The notes below the pieces were generated by a model. The model was given only the letters and a program-made list of their open reading frames with translations, made no database searches and was not told where the DNA came from. Shown piece after piece: positions 52,001-64,000 of a stretch of 64,000 bases of DNA. Source of the DNA: Fimbriosthenelais zetlandica (taxonomy: Eukaryota); assembly GCA_977030845.1 (NCBI GenBank), contig OZ365114.1, forward strand, positions 17,918,001-17,982,000, written 5' to 3'. The position numbers and the translations under genes are program-made. Every line of letters starts with the position of its first letter. Position 1 is the stretch's first letter.

Positions 52001-55000
52001 AGGTTGACTGTATACATCATGGGGAAAATCTCAGGTGGCAACCAAGTCGGAGAGTTCGGTCAGAGCACAGACACATCAGCCATCACCGATGACCCTTGAC
52101 AGATGCTTTTGCTGCTCCACCAGGAATATATATTAGCCACGCCTTATACAGTAGTTCAACCACCTGGGTTGACTAGCCCAACTCGAAATCAATGATATTT
52201 CAGTACCGTTATCTCTGAGTGAAAAGTCCAAATGGCGCCGGAGCATAAAAAGCAATATTCATTTCTGAAATGAAATCAATCAACTCCCATATACCAGGGG
52301 CCTTTTGTTTAGGATAGTCCTAGTGTTACACACCTAGTTTGCACACATTGTTTTGTCTGACTGCAAAGAAATAAGATACTGGAGGTTTTAGAGCCTGTTC
52401 CGCTTTAGATTTATAGCTTTGGACCAGACAACCTCAACTGCCCAAAGGAATAGAAATATATTAACTGCCTCCGGATAGGTTTAATCAAACCTCTGAAATC
52501 AGCTGGGTGCAAACTTGCACTCACGATCGGAACAAGTTGTAAATAAGTCACTTGGGCAAAGAGCAATTCTTTAAAATCTGCACACGTTCCAAGCAGGTCC
52601 ATGCATCCCGAAGCAATCTTTTTGAGCGACCTTTTTCAAGACTTTTTCATCAATGAGAAAAGGCTCGGGGTCTCTTTTCTGTGATGCAACAAGTCCTCAG
52701 CCTGCCAGTGTCTTGTCCTTTCATGGATTCAGAACCTTGACTTGCCCTTGAGTCAATCAGGGAGCATCTTCCTTCACAGTAACTGTGACCAAATAAGAGC
52801 AACCGTAAAAGCTTTTCTCGGATAAATCATATTTGTAGCAGATAGGCCTATGTCTTTTGGCTTTGGAGGCCCTCGTGCAAGAGTGAAACCGTGCTTGATT
52901 TCTTTTCTTCACTAAGCACCAACAGTCCACCTTTCCATAGCCAAGAATAACCGAGCAGTATATTCGAGTAATGAAGCAAAGTCTTCCTTCACATTTATCA
53001 TACTTCCCTCAGCTTGGTGGCTGTTGCACTGCCAGTGGGTGCTGATTGGCAATAGCAATCCACCCCGGGTCTTTATGATATGTATGCGATGGCCTTCCTA
53101 ACCTCTGTATTGCTCAATACAACAAACACAAATAAAAGATAATGTTTATCAACCTGAAGAGGAAGGGAGGTCCCTCACTCAGTCTATCCAATCATGGGCT
53201 TCTTCCACTGTGCTGATCCTCCAGTCGATGAAGGGTTTAAATGGATATAAATCGTCAGGAAATATACAGGGAATTCAATTATATGAATAGGCCATGGCAA
53301 ATCGGTGGGGAGTGATTTATGTGGTGGTTCATCCATAGGTGGGGAGATAGTTCCACTTGGGAGTCTAAGTACAGGGGGTTTAGCTCCATTCCATACATGC
53401 TTTAGTGATGGGGTAAAAGTATCATCCCTAGGTTTTTCATTCTCCAGGGTAATTTACCGACCGATTGCCAATAACTGACAGACCAAAAGGCTCCTCCTAT
53501 CTCAGCAGAGCACGGGCGGTACATAGCTGCATTCTTTCCTTAAGAAATCAATATGGAAATCCTCACTGCCTCTAGCTCTTCTTGCCCGGCAGGAGCCGCC
53601 CCCCAAAACGAACTCAGAATTAAAGTTTCGCACTCCAAAGCAACAAGCCAGGTTATGCTCACAGAGGCTGGCGGGCTGGCTAGCCAGTCGGTAGCATATT
53701 GGTGATTGATATGTCCCTTGGAAGTTGATGGGATGTGATAGCCACATGCCCCCTCTCATCCAGGAGAGGCCAATGGCTCTGACCACTACACCTGAGACCT
53801 TTTCACCTGGAGCGTTTGTTTGGGCTGTTGGCTGGAGGGAAGCATGCACAGGTAATTTGCTATGGGTGGGTGTGATGGAGGGGAGATGTTAAGGGAACCT
53901 GGGGGTCTCCGAGTTCACCATTTGTTGCTATAAATAAACTCCCCCACACTGGCAGGTTCTCACAGAGTGGAATGCTGAGTGGAATCTATGTAGCACCCCC
54001 TCCCTCTCGTGTGTCTTTATGATGTGCTTACACCTAGATCTAAGTATCCATCAAGTTGTGAATAACACCTTCCTCCTCCTGTTGCTACTTCTCCATCTCC
54101 TCCTCCTCCTTATATGCTGTCTACTGATGCTAGTTCTTCTCCTTACCCTCCACGGTTACTGATTTTAACCTCGCGCAACACCGGAGGAAGTATCAAAGGA
54201 TCATTAAGCGGCACTATCAGTCATCCCTCTTATACCCTGCTACCATTTCTAACACCATCTCCTCCTCATGCTTGCTCTCCTGGGTATATATGATCAGAGA
54301 GTTTAAATCCGATTTTCCTTCCGTAGTAAAATCCGCACTTGACAATTCCTCCAATGCATGCATGTATCAAAGTACCTTTCCTCCTGCTGTATGCACCGTC
54401 GCTACCACCTCAGTCTGGTTCCAGGTTGCAGATCTACAAGCATTAATCATTAAATAGCTCTGGATCTTGTACCTTCGACTGAGTGAGTAGTATCAAGTAC
54501 CCACAGTGTCGGGGGTTGAACAGATCCCAGTCCTCATATACCCTGCAAGGTTTCACCAACCGTTAAGCAAACACCCCACGGTTGTCCTGCATATACGTCC
54601 TCTGCATAGGTGAATACTTTCACCCCGACTCTCCAGGGGTCCCGCTGCCATTTGTCTTTATAGCAGTCACACAATACTTTTGCTTATCCCCTTTCAAACA
54701 AGTCATTCAGAGAGCCATCTTAAATTCACCAAGATTAACAATGGTTGCAGCTGACACTATTATGTTGGGTATGACAAGCGAGACAGATGTGTATTGTTAC
54801 GAGGATGTTATATTTATTCGAATACTTATATATAACGCGTGCCAAGCAGCTCGTGAATGTACTGACTCTAATGTCTCTGTAGATCTCCAAGGAATGGGAC
54901 AGTAGAGTGGGAGTTGCTTGGAGCTATCAGTATCAATACAATGTGGATTGGAAGAGGTGATGAACTGCTCGGGGATACGGGAGGAGCAGCTTCGCATGAA

Positions 55001-57589
55001 AGGTCAATGTTAGAGTGCAGGTGTGTTGAGAAGGAGTAGTAGACCTGACATACTACCCCTCTCTCCTTTCTTTATTTCCTTCTCCTCTGTGCATATCCAC
55101 ATTCACTCGGACTTATACCTTCTTTTCCACAGCACTGATCAATGGTTTTGTGAGTCGTGGGTTGTGTGTGCGTCCCAGTGCCCTATACTACTATCTCTCG
55201 GAGAGCCTGCAAAGGCAGGATGCGGAGGAGTGAACGAACATCATTGTCTGCATATAGGTTCCCTTTATGAAGAACAGAGCATAAAAGCTTTGCAGTTAGA
55301 GCTATTTGTTCCTTTTGTTGAAGTCGATCACTGGATTATACGCTAGGCGAGGAATTCACCTGCTTATATACAGCCATATCAGACAGGCAGAGCATCGAAA
55401 GAATAGAAACACCTGAATGGCAATCCCAACAATATCCAAGCAATATCAAGGCAACACAGCATGAAGTTGCACCTAATCTACTCGCCCTCCTAATTATACA
55501 GGAGTCAATTTTGCAAAGGCGATAAGTTACTTGCGGGAATCGATTTTTCAGATATTCGATCCTTTGGCTAATAATTTCCTACACTTCTGTCTGCTGATAG
55601 TTTAAAATATAAACCACAATCTTCATTACTGCATTTGCTTTTCGTCGTACTCTGTCATATGACGAATGGTCCGTATACAGGGTATGCTGGTGAGTTGGAA
55701 GAATGAAATGAATGGGGCTCCTCATTGGATTGACATGCCTCTGATCTCAGCTTCAGATTCAATGATAAACCACGACCATACTGATGATAATGCATACAGG
55801 CGGCCAGGGGTTCAGGCTCCGCTACTCCTATTGTATTTCATTGTATTGCGTTGTATATTGTGGGCCTCTGGTCCTCCTGCAAGCCACACAAAGACACAAC
55901 CCTCTTAGTCCCAATGTCTATGTACAAACAAGCATACAGATGGTATAAATCCACTTCAACACCCCTCACTGTATTGAATATGAAGTATGGGGGTGGTATG
56001 GTCCTTGTCAAGATATCTCATCTCTCCTTCATTTTCATTTTTCCTCGGTGTGTATATTTGAGATTTCTTCCAGATCAGCCCTCCTCCTGGTCCTTTGACT
56101 ATCAGGATAGGCAATAAGGTGAGTCACCAGCAGTTGTGAAGTAAAAAAAAAATAAGGTTCACCGAAAAAACAAGACAAAGTAAGTCCAACTGCAAGCAAG
56201 CAAACAAGAAAGCTTAGCTATAAGCAAGCTTTTTTCCTGCTAACTTACTCCTCAAGGTCCTTGTTATCCTTGATCTTCTCCCTTTTGCTCTGCTTCTTAT
56301 CAGTCAGTGGTCTGGGGGTATAGGTGAGGTGATCCTCTTCTCCAGCCCCTGATCCAAAAGTCAAACAGAAGACTAGAGGAGGCTTGTTGGGGAGAGATGA
56401 TGCTTGGTGGTTGTTGTAGGAGTAGTGAGAGGGAGAGAGGGATCGATGTTATCCTCCCTGCCTCACTCCACACTTCACTGGGCCTTGCCTTGTGGCGCGA
56501 GAGGAGCTGAGGCCAACGGTGGAGGATGGGGAGAGCAGTGGTGATGGTGCAGGGAAAGAGAGAGAGGGAGCACCAGGCAGGCCTTTACTCACTTAAACCT
56601 CAGACCTACTGTGATATTCTCAGACAGATTTATGGAAGTCTTCAAGAAAACATGAATTCAGAGAATGTTCTTCGAAATGAACAATGATTGAAAACATGAG
56701 AGTACTTCCATGTGAAATTGTATTCCATTTGCCAAAAGTTGCAGAAAGTGATATATCGTCAAATGTATCGTCAGATGCAAGTTCAGTTGCTTAGGAACTT
56801 AGAAATGCCATGTCCTTTTCATTAATTTGAACTAGTGAACTTTCATATCTGATGATCCTATTCCGTCTCAAACCTAGCTCATATCGCATCATCAGAATGA
56901 AATAAGCAATTTTACATTTTAGAGCTTGGTACATTCCCATTCAACAGTCGAGCAGTTCGGTCCCGACACATTCCTCCCTGAACCATGTATAGTAGATCGA
57001 GGGTATAGCAGCCTGGTGACTGCTGGTTGTTTGCTCTCTCCTCCGGCGAGCCTGAGCTGGATCTGATGCTGGGACCCAGTACTCTACAGTTCCTGACTCC
57101 CTTTCCGCATCACCTCACCCTCGGCTATAAGCAGTCTGAAGCTAGCATTTCATCATCTTCTGTACTGTCCCCCTCACTCACAACCCTCTCTCTCTTCCTT
57201 GCTAAACTTATATGTAAGTCCCAGAGCGCTGCTGATATACACTACACAAACTTATAAAATATCAGCATGTTTCTCAGAAGAAAGTATCACTCACTTCTTC
57301 AAAGGTATCAAAGGTCACCACCACTAGGCTAATCAGAATCTGCATTTCTTCCCGAATTTCGTTGTAATCAATGAATATAACCAAAGCGTACAAGTTGCTA
57401 ACAAGGGCAAAGGAATCATCAATATAAATGAAGTCTTGATAATTTGAATGAGAAGATTCCAATGAGAAAATCTGTCCCAATGAGCATAGAATTGGAAGGA
57501 GTGATTAAGGTTTTGCTGCCACACAGATTAAAAATCAAATTAGGGTCAATCAATTAACATGGTGTCAAATAGTATCTCCTCGAACAACT

Positions 57590-58420
57590 GGAATGTGAGC
57601 TCACAGATGACTTCAATTCCAGGTCTCTTAAGGAGATTAATTACAATGGGGCTTAGCAGTGAAATTAGAATGTGATCCTCGTTATACAAAAACCAATAGT
57701 CCGGGTTTAAAGGAACTCTTGATGATTGATAATGAAAACAACTTCCGGTGAGAAAAGTTGTGATCGTCCTTGAGCTTCATAAAGACATTTCAGTCGTATT
57801 GGTGACAACCCTTTTCAATTTAATTTTGGAGGCAGTGGAATCTGTACCAATCATCAATTATTAGTGATGCAAGATTTTAACCAAAGTGTTGTCAATATCT
57901 GATGGCATACCTATAAGGCTTTCTCATCTCTTCTTCCCATACTCTGCTACTTGTATAACCTTAAAATGCCCCCAGACCATGCCCAGCTCGATCACCCCTG
58001 TCACCGTATTTGTCAGGGTAGGGTTTCAAGGTAAGGTTTCAGGGAGTTATTTAAAGGGACTTGTCGATAGAAGACAGTCTCAAATAACTGATCTCCTTAC
58101 TAACCAAAACCAGGCTTTAGAATTGATCCAAAATAGCGGACCAAAATAGGTCCACGGTGATCACAAAGTCAATAGGATGGACTTAAAATTAATGCTTACG
58201 TGGGTGGAAATCATGACGGACCCATGTTCTGAATGTGCAGGACCTCTAATGAGATTATCTCCCTAGAATCCATCAGATTATCTACAGATTTGTGGATAGA
58301 GACGGCAGAGTACCAGCAACAGGGACATGTACCAGTAAGCCTACTCCATCATTGAAGTGTAGGACGAAAGGAAGCCTATCACAGGCCTTCTCAAAGTCCA
58401 AGAACAGTGTCTTATATGCT
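57590..58420 (-). mobile_element. Decayed CR1-type LINE RT relic
   Basis: Minus strand LFLDFEKACDRLP (~58410-58372; cf. IFLDFxKAFDxVP), an ILGPL-like tract CCTATTTTGGTCCGCTATTTTGG (~58150-58127), and RDLGIEVICELTF (~57630-57590; cf. KDLGVxIxxxLxF), in canonical order. Confidence 0.62.
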
Positions 58421-61089
58421 ACCACACACAAAGGGGGTAATAGTAAATTAGTGGTGTTCCCCAGGGTCATCTATTTTTGCCTCTATTATTGAGCTTGTAA
58501 CCGATATTTGTATTGCAAGTTAATACTAATAACATAGCATGGGCTAGTATCTTGGGACCGATGATCCAGAAAATATGAAAGAGTCAAAGAACACAATATC
58601 TATAAGGCAGGCCAGCTATAGGCTAGTATAAAGACGTGACCTATGTGTGTGGGTCAGGGATATTATAGCATGGGTCAATGCTGTCATGCAAAGTAAGGGA
58701 CATGGTCATGTATATAGAAGGCCTTTTGCTCATGGAACTGTACCCCTCTTCTCTCCTCTACAGTCTCTTGCCCAGGCTCGAGTAGGCCATAGGTCATCCA
58801 GCCAGTCTTCCTCCCCATGTACCTGCCATTCCATGTAGGAGGAATCATACAAAACAGCTCTAGCCCCTCAAGCCCTTACATAGACTGTATTGTCAAGCAA
58901 TACAGGCTCGGTTTATCCCATACTAGTCCACCGTCTTTTAACCTATGTATAGTGCAGCTTTTTTTCCTTGGTGACAGCACAGAGAGTGATTTATGACCTT
59001 CTTTGAGGTTTACACCCCAAAAGACCATGTCCTTTTTCTGCTACATTTCCTTGGGTCTCCTTGCCTAATTTATTAATGGACGCTGCCCCTTTCTTTTCAT
59101 GGTACAAATGTGAGCTATAAACTCTTTTCTTATTCAATATTCTTCACTAATTTCAACTAATTACTCCTCATCTGGTCTACAGTATGTTCAATAAATCTTT
59201 AACGAGGGATTTGATTTTGATGAACTCAAAACTTTCAGCTCTCTTTCAGATCTGAATTTTTTTTCAGCTTAGTTGAAGTAGTTTGTGACCAGTGTAGGGT
59301 TATTGGAGTAGCCTACAATAATGCAGTTTTGTATTATTAACTCTGCATTATTTACTCAGAAGCAATAAAGTAAAGGAGAAATATTGTGAATAGGAGCAGG
59401 ACTGGTCTGACAGGCTGCCATAGCCTCAGCAGGTGACAAGACTCTCTCAATAATTTGATTCCCGGAGAGGCCAGGTTTTTGGTATTTATGGGACATGACA
59501 TCACTACTTACATGCAGGAGACCAAGCACTGAGCCCTGCAGAATGCCTTTCTAATTGATTGACACCAATTTGCTGCACAATTAGATGGCTTGGGATACAT
59601 GCTAAAATCTGCACAATCACATGCCAATATCAGTCACCTCAGCACAAATAATAGTTGGACGAAACCATACCAGTTTTTATAAGAAAATTCTAATATCTAA
59701 TGGGAAATAGGACAAAATTACCTGTCAGTATAATCCTTTGTATTCATTGCACGCCCCCGACACTGAATAATAACCCATATAAATGACAATATAGCAGTTA
59801 CTATAAAAATACATTTTCCGGAGGCGTTTTATATCAAGTGGCTAGATCCCCAATGAGCTGTAAGGTCAATCAGCAAGCCAATGCCTCTGACCAGTCAAAG
59901 TCATTGCAGCCTGAACCCGTTTAAAAATAGACCATTCCTTTCACCTCATTGCTTGTTTCACCAGATGTGTGGCCATATTTGGATTGTTCAATAGCCGAGA
60001 TTCAGTCATCAAAAACATATGTTCATACACACTTGCCAACGATACGGAGATCCATGCCAAAGTAAAGAAAGATCAATGTCTATAATCTCCAGCACCTAAT
60101 CCTAAGACGATGTCCCTTTCCCCTGTGTAAGTATATTCATAAAACAACATAAGACCCTTCTTTGACATCACAAGCAGGACTTAAGCATTATAACTTGTCT
60201 GAGGAAGTCGTGCACGCCATTCAGCCGTCTGAGAGTCAAGTACATACAGAAACTCTGTAAATATTAGCATTTGTTCCCACCACAAGTCATTCAGTACAGG
60301 GCTACATAAATAATCCCTCCTTCTTTCCGCCTCCTGCACTTTATGAAGTTGGAATCTACCATGTTTTGCTATTTGGAAATGCATTCTATTCAAAACATAT
60401 CTTTTATAAAATAAAACAAAGCGATCTTGGTCTCATTTGTTAAGGTTTTGTGTCAATATTGATACCCATAATGTTAGGTCTGTTCAGTTTCAGTTAATTT
60501 TAGGCTGATGTCCCGTTTGTTACATCAGCAGGTATTGGTAAAATACCTGTTATGGTATTCTTATCACCTCATTGCAGCACTTGAACTGCCTGTGTTAGCC
60601 ATCTACTTTGTCACCTCTCTTTTCTAACAAATCCCCTCTCACTTCCTTGCCCCTATAACTCCCTGATTGGAGAACAGACATTTGCTAATGAAAGTATGCC
60701 AGCAATAATCACTGAAATGTCAAACCATTTGAGGGGAAACAGCCTATATACATTAATCGTTTGAGAGCCCGTGTTTGTTCCCAGGACCTTCATCCAATCA
60801 AAGAAAGAACTCCTCTGAAGAAAATTATTGAAGAAAAAAATGTGCTGAGAAAGGCAGCAATGAAATTGAGTAAATTCCTTGATATATTGAGATGGATACT
60901 GCAGTGTGCTTCGTTTACCACAGGCAAGCTTTATTCCTCTTTTTAAGCCCTTAGAAAGGCAGCTCAGAGGAGTTGCTCAGAGAGAAGGCTGGCGTTTAGA
61001 AATGGGTGTTTTGCAGTGATATCCCTAGGGTAATATCTGGCTTCAGTAGGGGGACATTGGCCTTGGCTGGAGGAGGCCAGGCCACCAGC

Positions 61090-61512
61090 CTTCTCCAGGG
61101 TTGGAGTTCAGGTGTAGCCGCCATACCAAAGCTTTCAACACCACTCAAAGGCCGGGCCCATAGGGACTAGCAGGCACTGGGACATTAAAGCTTGAAACGA
61201 TGGTCATCGCTTGGAAGACCAGCGGCTTTTTTCACTTCCATTGTGTATGAGCCCGAATAGGAAAATGTTTGGTCTCCTGGATGTAAAGTCAAAGTGATCA
61301 GGCGTCATTACAAGTACTGGCTTTGCATATTCTTGAACGTTAGGAAGGAAACAGAGGAAGGGTATAGCTGAAATATGCGATAGAGAGTTACATGGCAGGG
61401 ATTCATCCCTCTCCATGTTTCTCAGCTGCTTGGAGGAATTAAGACTTATAATGTGGACTAACGCAGGTAACACATGTTGTATGGACAGGTGAACACATTG
61501 CCCAGGGTTCAA
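61090..61512 (-). mobile_element. Decayed LINE RT N-terminal relic
   Basis: VLPALVHIISL (cf. LLPxITxIINxSL), NSLSHISAIPFL (cf. NYRPISNLPFL), and downstream AAAGCTTTGGTATGG (~61137-61123; cf. the coding sequence for KAFDMV). Confidence 0.45.
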
Positions 61513-63049
61513 ATGTTAATTCATTCCATTATCTATCATCATTTGAACTACAATTTGTATGGTCCACATGTTTAGTAGACAGTTAAAATGGCTGTAAATT
61601 GACAAATGAGTATAATGACAAATGAGTTGGAAATACACATTAGGTATAGTGATGAAAAATGGTGTGAAGGTGCTTCGGAAGGCACATGAGGGAGCCATTC
61701 GTGCTCACCTCAGGAGAATAAGGTTTATGTTCATAGCTATAAGTATAGGCCCTTAGTGGCACGGCATAGCCCAAAAGTTCTAATGAATTATGCTTTTTAA
61801 AATTTCTTTATATATATATTATATAGCTTGATATGATTATTCTGAGCAAATCTGTATGGATATTGGGCCCTTTTACCCCTATACTATCAAATATTGAGGC
61901 TTAAGTAAAATTTTGCCTAGCAACTTGGCCTGGGTGAAATAATGATATATACCCCCACCCCTAAAGTGACATCAAGGATTACTATGGTAATATTCGTTTT
62001 TAATATTCTTGACCGTTGCTTAGCAACACTCGTTCCGGAGGTCAAGTAAACCGTTTGGAGGTATAAACGCCCCGGTCTTCACATCTTTCATATTGCAGTC
62101 CAGCACTTTTATATTCATAGTTGATTCATGCTCGTATAAAATGATTTCCTTGAAATTTAAAATGATGATGATGAAAGAGAACACATTCGTGCAAACTGAC
62201 CATGTTACAGATATAATATATGAGCCATCAAAACTTTTTTCTAATGAATCATCGAGTGAATCTTTTAACAATAGAATTGATCTATGACTATGTTTTTCTC
62301 CCATGTGCCTATCATTCTGTTGTGAACGACATCCCACTTAAAATGCATCCCTTCATCTATCAGTATATATGAAACGATAGTTGAGCTGGCAAACATCTCG
62401 CCTAGGAGAAAGAAACGAGCGCTGAGCAGATATTCATTGCCGGGTCTTCAGAGAAAATGATTATCTCTATTTCGGGGCCAATTTCAGTGGGGATCAAGTG
62501 GTAGGGGATATCATACTCTTGCAGCCATCATTCATTGGTATATTGCCTGTCTACTGGACAAATCACTGACGGAGATTGAAAACACCTACCAATGACAGGA
62601 AAGATACACTATAGTTGCAAAGAAAGCCCTCCAGATAGAGAAAAGTAATATGATGGGACTTCAGTGGCAGATCCAAAGGGGCGAAGTTCCTCTGACTTGA
62701 AAATACAGTATATTGCGTGGTTGTATTACTGGCCTGGGATAGCAGGGACACAATGATACTATGTGTTTCCCTTTGAAGGTATTTTCACTTAGTTTTCCCT
62801 ATTTTTCCTTTCTTATAATAATCCAATCCTTCCTATTTTCATTCCTCTATAGAAAGGTTCGGTGAACGTTAATAGGATATCGCGCTATTATTTGAACAAT
62901 CCGTTTCAGCATTCGTATAAAAAGGAACAAAAGATGATGTCTTATTAATTCTTTTGTCTCATTTCCTTCATTGTGTCAGATGATCATATTATACTGGGTA
63001 ATGAGATTCAAATTCAAACAAAATTATGCATCCTGATTTGCTGTATCCG

Positions 63050-63280
63050 TAACAAAGCATGTATGGGTTTCAGCCTGAAAATGAACCACATACAACTATA
63101 GGCCGATAGAGCGTCTATGTACAAAAATTGGTCCAATTTCGGTGACAGATGGAGACTGAACGATGGCCATTTCTGTCAAGTGATATGGATGACTGAGGGC
63201 ATTAGTCTTTTATAAGCAGCACATTTGGTTGTAACTGGAAAACCATTGACAAATAATATTTAATACCTTCATTATTACAA
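63050..63280 (+). mobile_element. Possible LINE RT relic
   Basis: YGFQPENEPHTT from 63062 (cf. QYGFRxxHST); the remainder is weak. Confidence 0.28.
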
Positions 63281-63457
63281 TGGATATTTCCGATTGCCTC
63301 AAAAGGAGAATATTATTGTCCCTAAATCAACAGATCATTCTTGCTATGTTGCTAGATCTGTTTCTTCATCTTTCTCCTAAAAGGTGTTCCTTGTCTTCAT
63401 GACAGAATCTATCCCCCTTCCCCCGAACCTGCTCCTGTTGCTGCATTCGCTTCCATC

Positions 63458-63532
63458 TTGCCACATCTAGCTCCTTCTGATCCCGACTTGCCACATCTAG
63501 CTCCTTCTGTTCCTGTCCTGCCACATCTAGCT
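63458..63532. repeat. 30-bp period tandem repeat, ~2.5 copies
   Basis: TTGCCACATCTAGCTCCTTCTG at 63458 and 63488; TGCCACATCTAGCT at 63519. Confidence 0.92.
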
Positions 63533-64000
63533 TATTTTTCCACATATCGCTTCTGCACCTGTTACATTCAACTCCACCAGCCTGCTTTCTACACCCCTTG
63601 TTCATTCTTTTCTTCTTGACCATCCTTCCATTCCCTAAACATCCCTTACTACGTCTTATTTTGCAGTACGCCCTCAAGCAACTTCCAATCCAGTCTACAT
63701 AATTGTAGTACACTTACTTTATCTCTAACCTTTTAACCTTCTACCTTTTAAATCTTAATAACTGTCCACATACATGGAGAGAGGCCAGCTCTCCAAAAAG
63801 GTCAACTGCCTTACCTTGACAATCAGTCAGGTTAAGGCCAGGTTCCACTGATAGCACTTGACCAACATTGAATATCATCTATTGATTATAAACTGGAAAA
63901 TCCTGTCGGACCATGCATAAGCTAGTCTTTCAAATATAACCAGATAACCATATCAAGAAATCTGTACCTAAAAGGATTACTGAGGTATGTAACAGAATGG

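Noticed and set aside
1-64000. tRNA genes, tRNA-derived SINE heads, rRNA and telomeric arrays
   Set aside because: No convincing A-box/B-box pair, cloverleaf, rRNA signature or TTAGGG array was seen on either strand by eye; tRNAscan-SE or Infernal would be needed to exclude them formally.

Overview
This 64 kb window looks like non-coding, repeat-derived eukaryotic (animal) DNA, roughly 40% GC by eye and strongly CpG-depleted. I found no intact protein-coding gene, rRNA, tRNA or CRISPR array; the supplied ORFs (all <=144 aa) behave like chance ORFs or fragments of decayed elements. Best-supported content: (1) many very old non-LTR retrotransposon (LINE) reverse-transcriptase relics on both strands, clearest at 15156-15640 (GVPQGxVLGPLLF motif); (2) a 1.37 kb non-autonomous DNA transposon with 31-bp terminal inverted repeats (1627-2996); (3) a 505-bp fold-back MITE flanked by TTAA (38246-38750); (4) a ~70-bp palindromic mini-element in four dispersed copies (22540, 22891, 31341, 39976); (5) short tandem repeats. 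A few speculative host-gene relics (NACHT-like, beta-propeller-like, 7TM-like) are flagged at low confidence. The repeat styles suggest a marine invertebrate, possibly an echinoderm or other deuterostome, but that is inference only. I see no convincing evidence of a new biological system; the ~70-bp hairpin family and the fold-back MITE are most worth follow-up. All protein similarities were judged by eye against remembered family motifs, not by database search.
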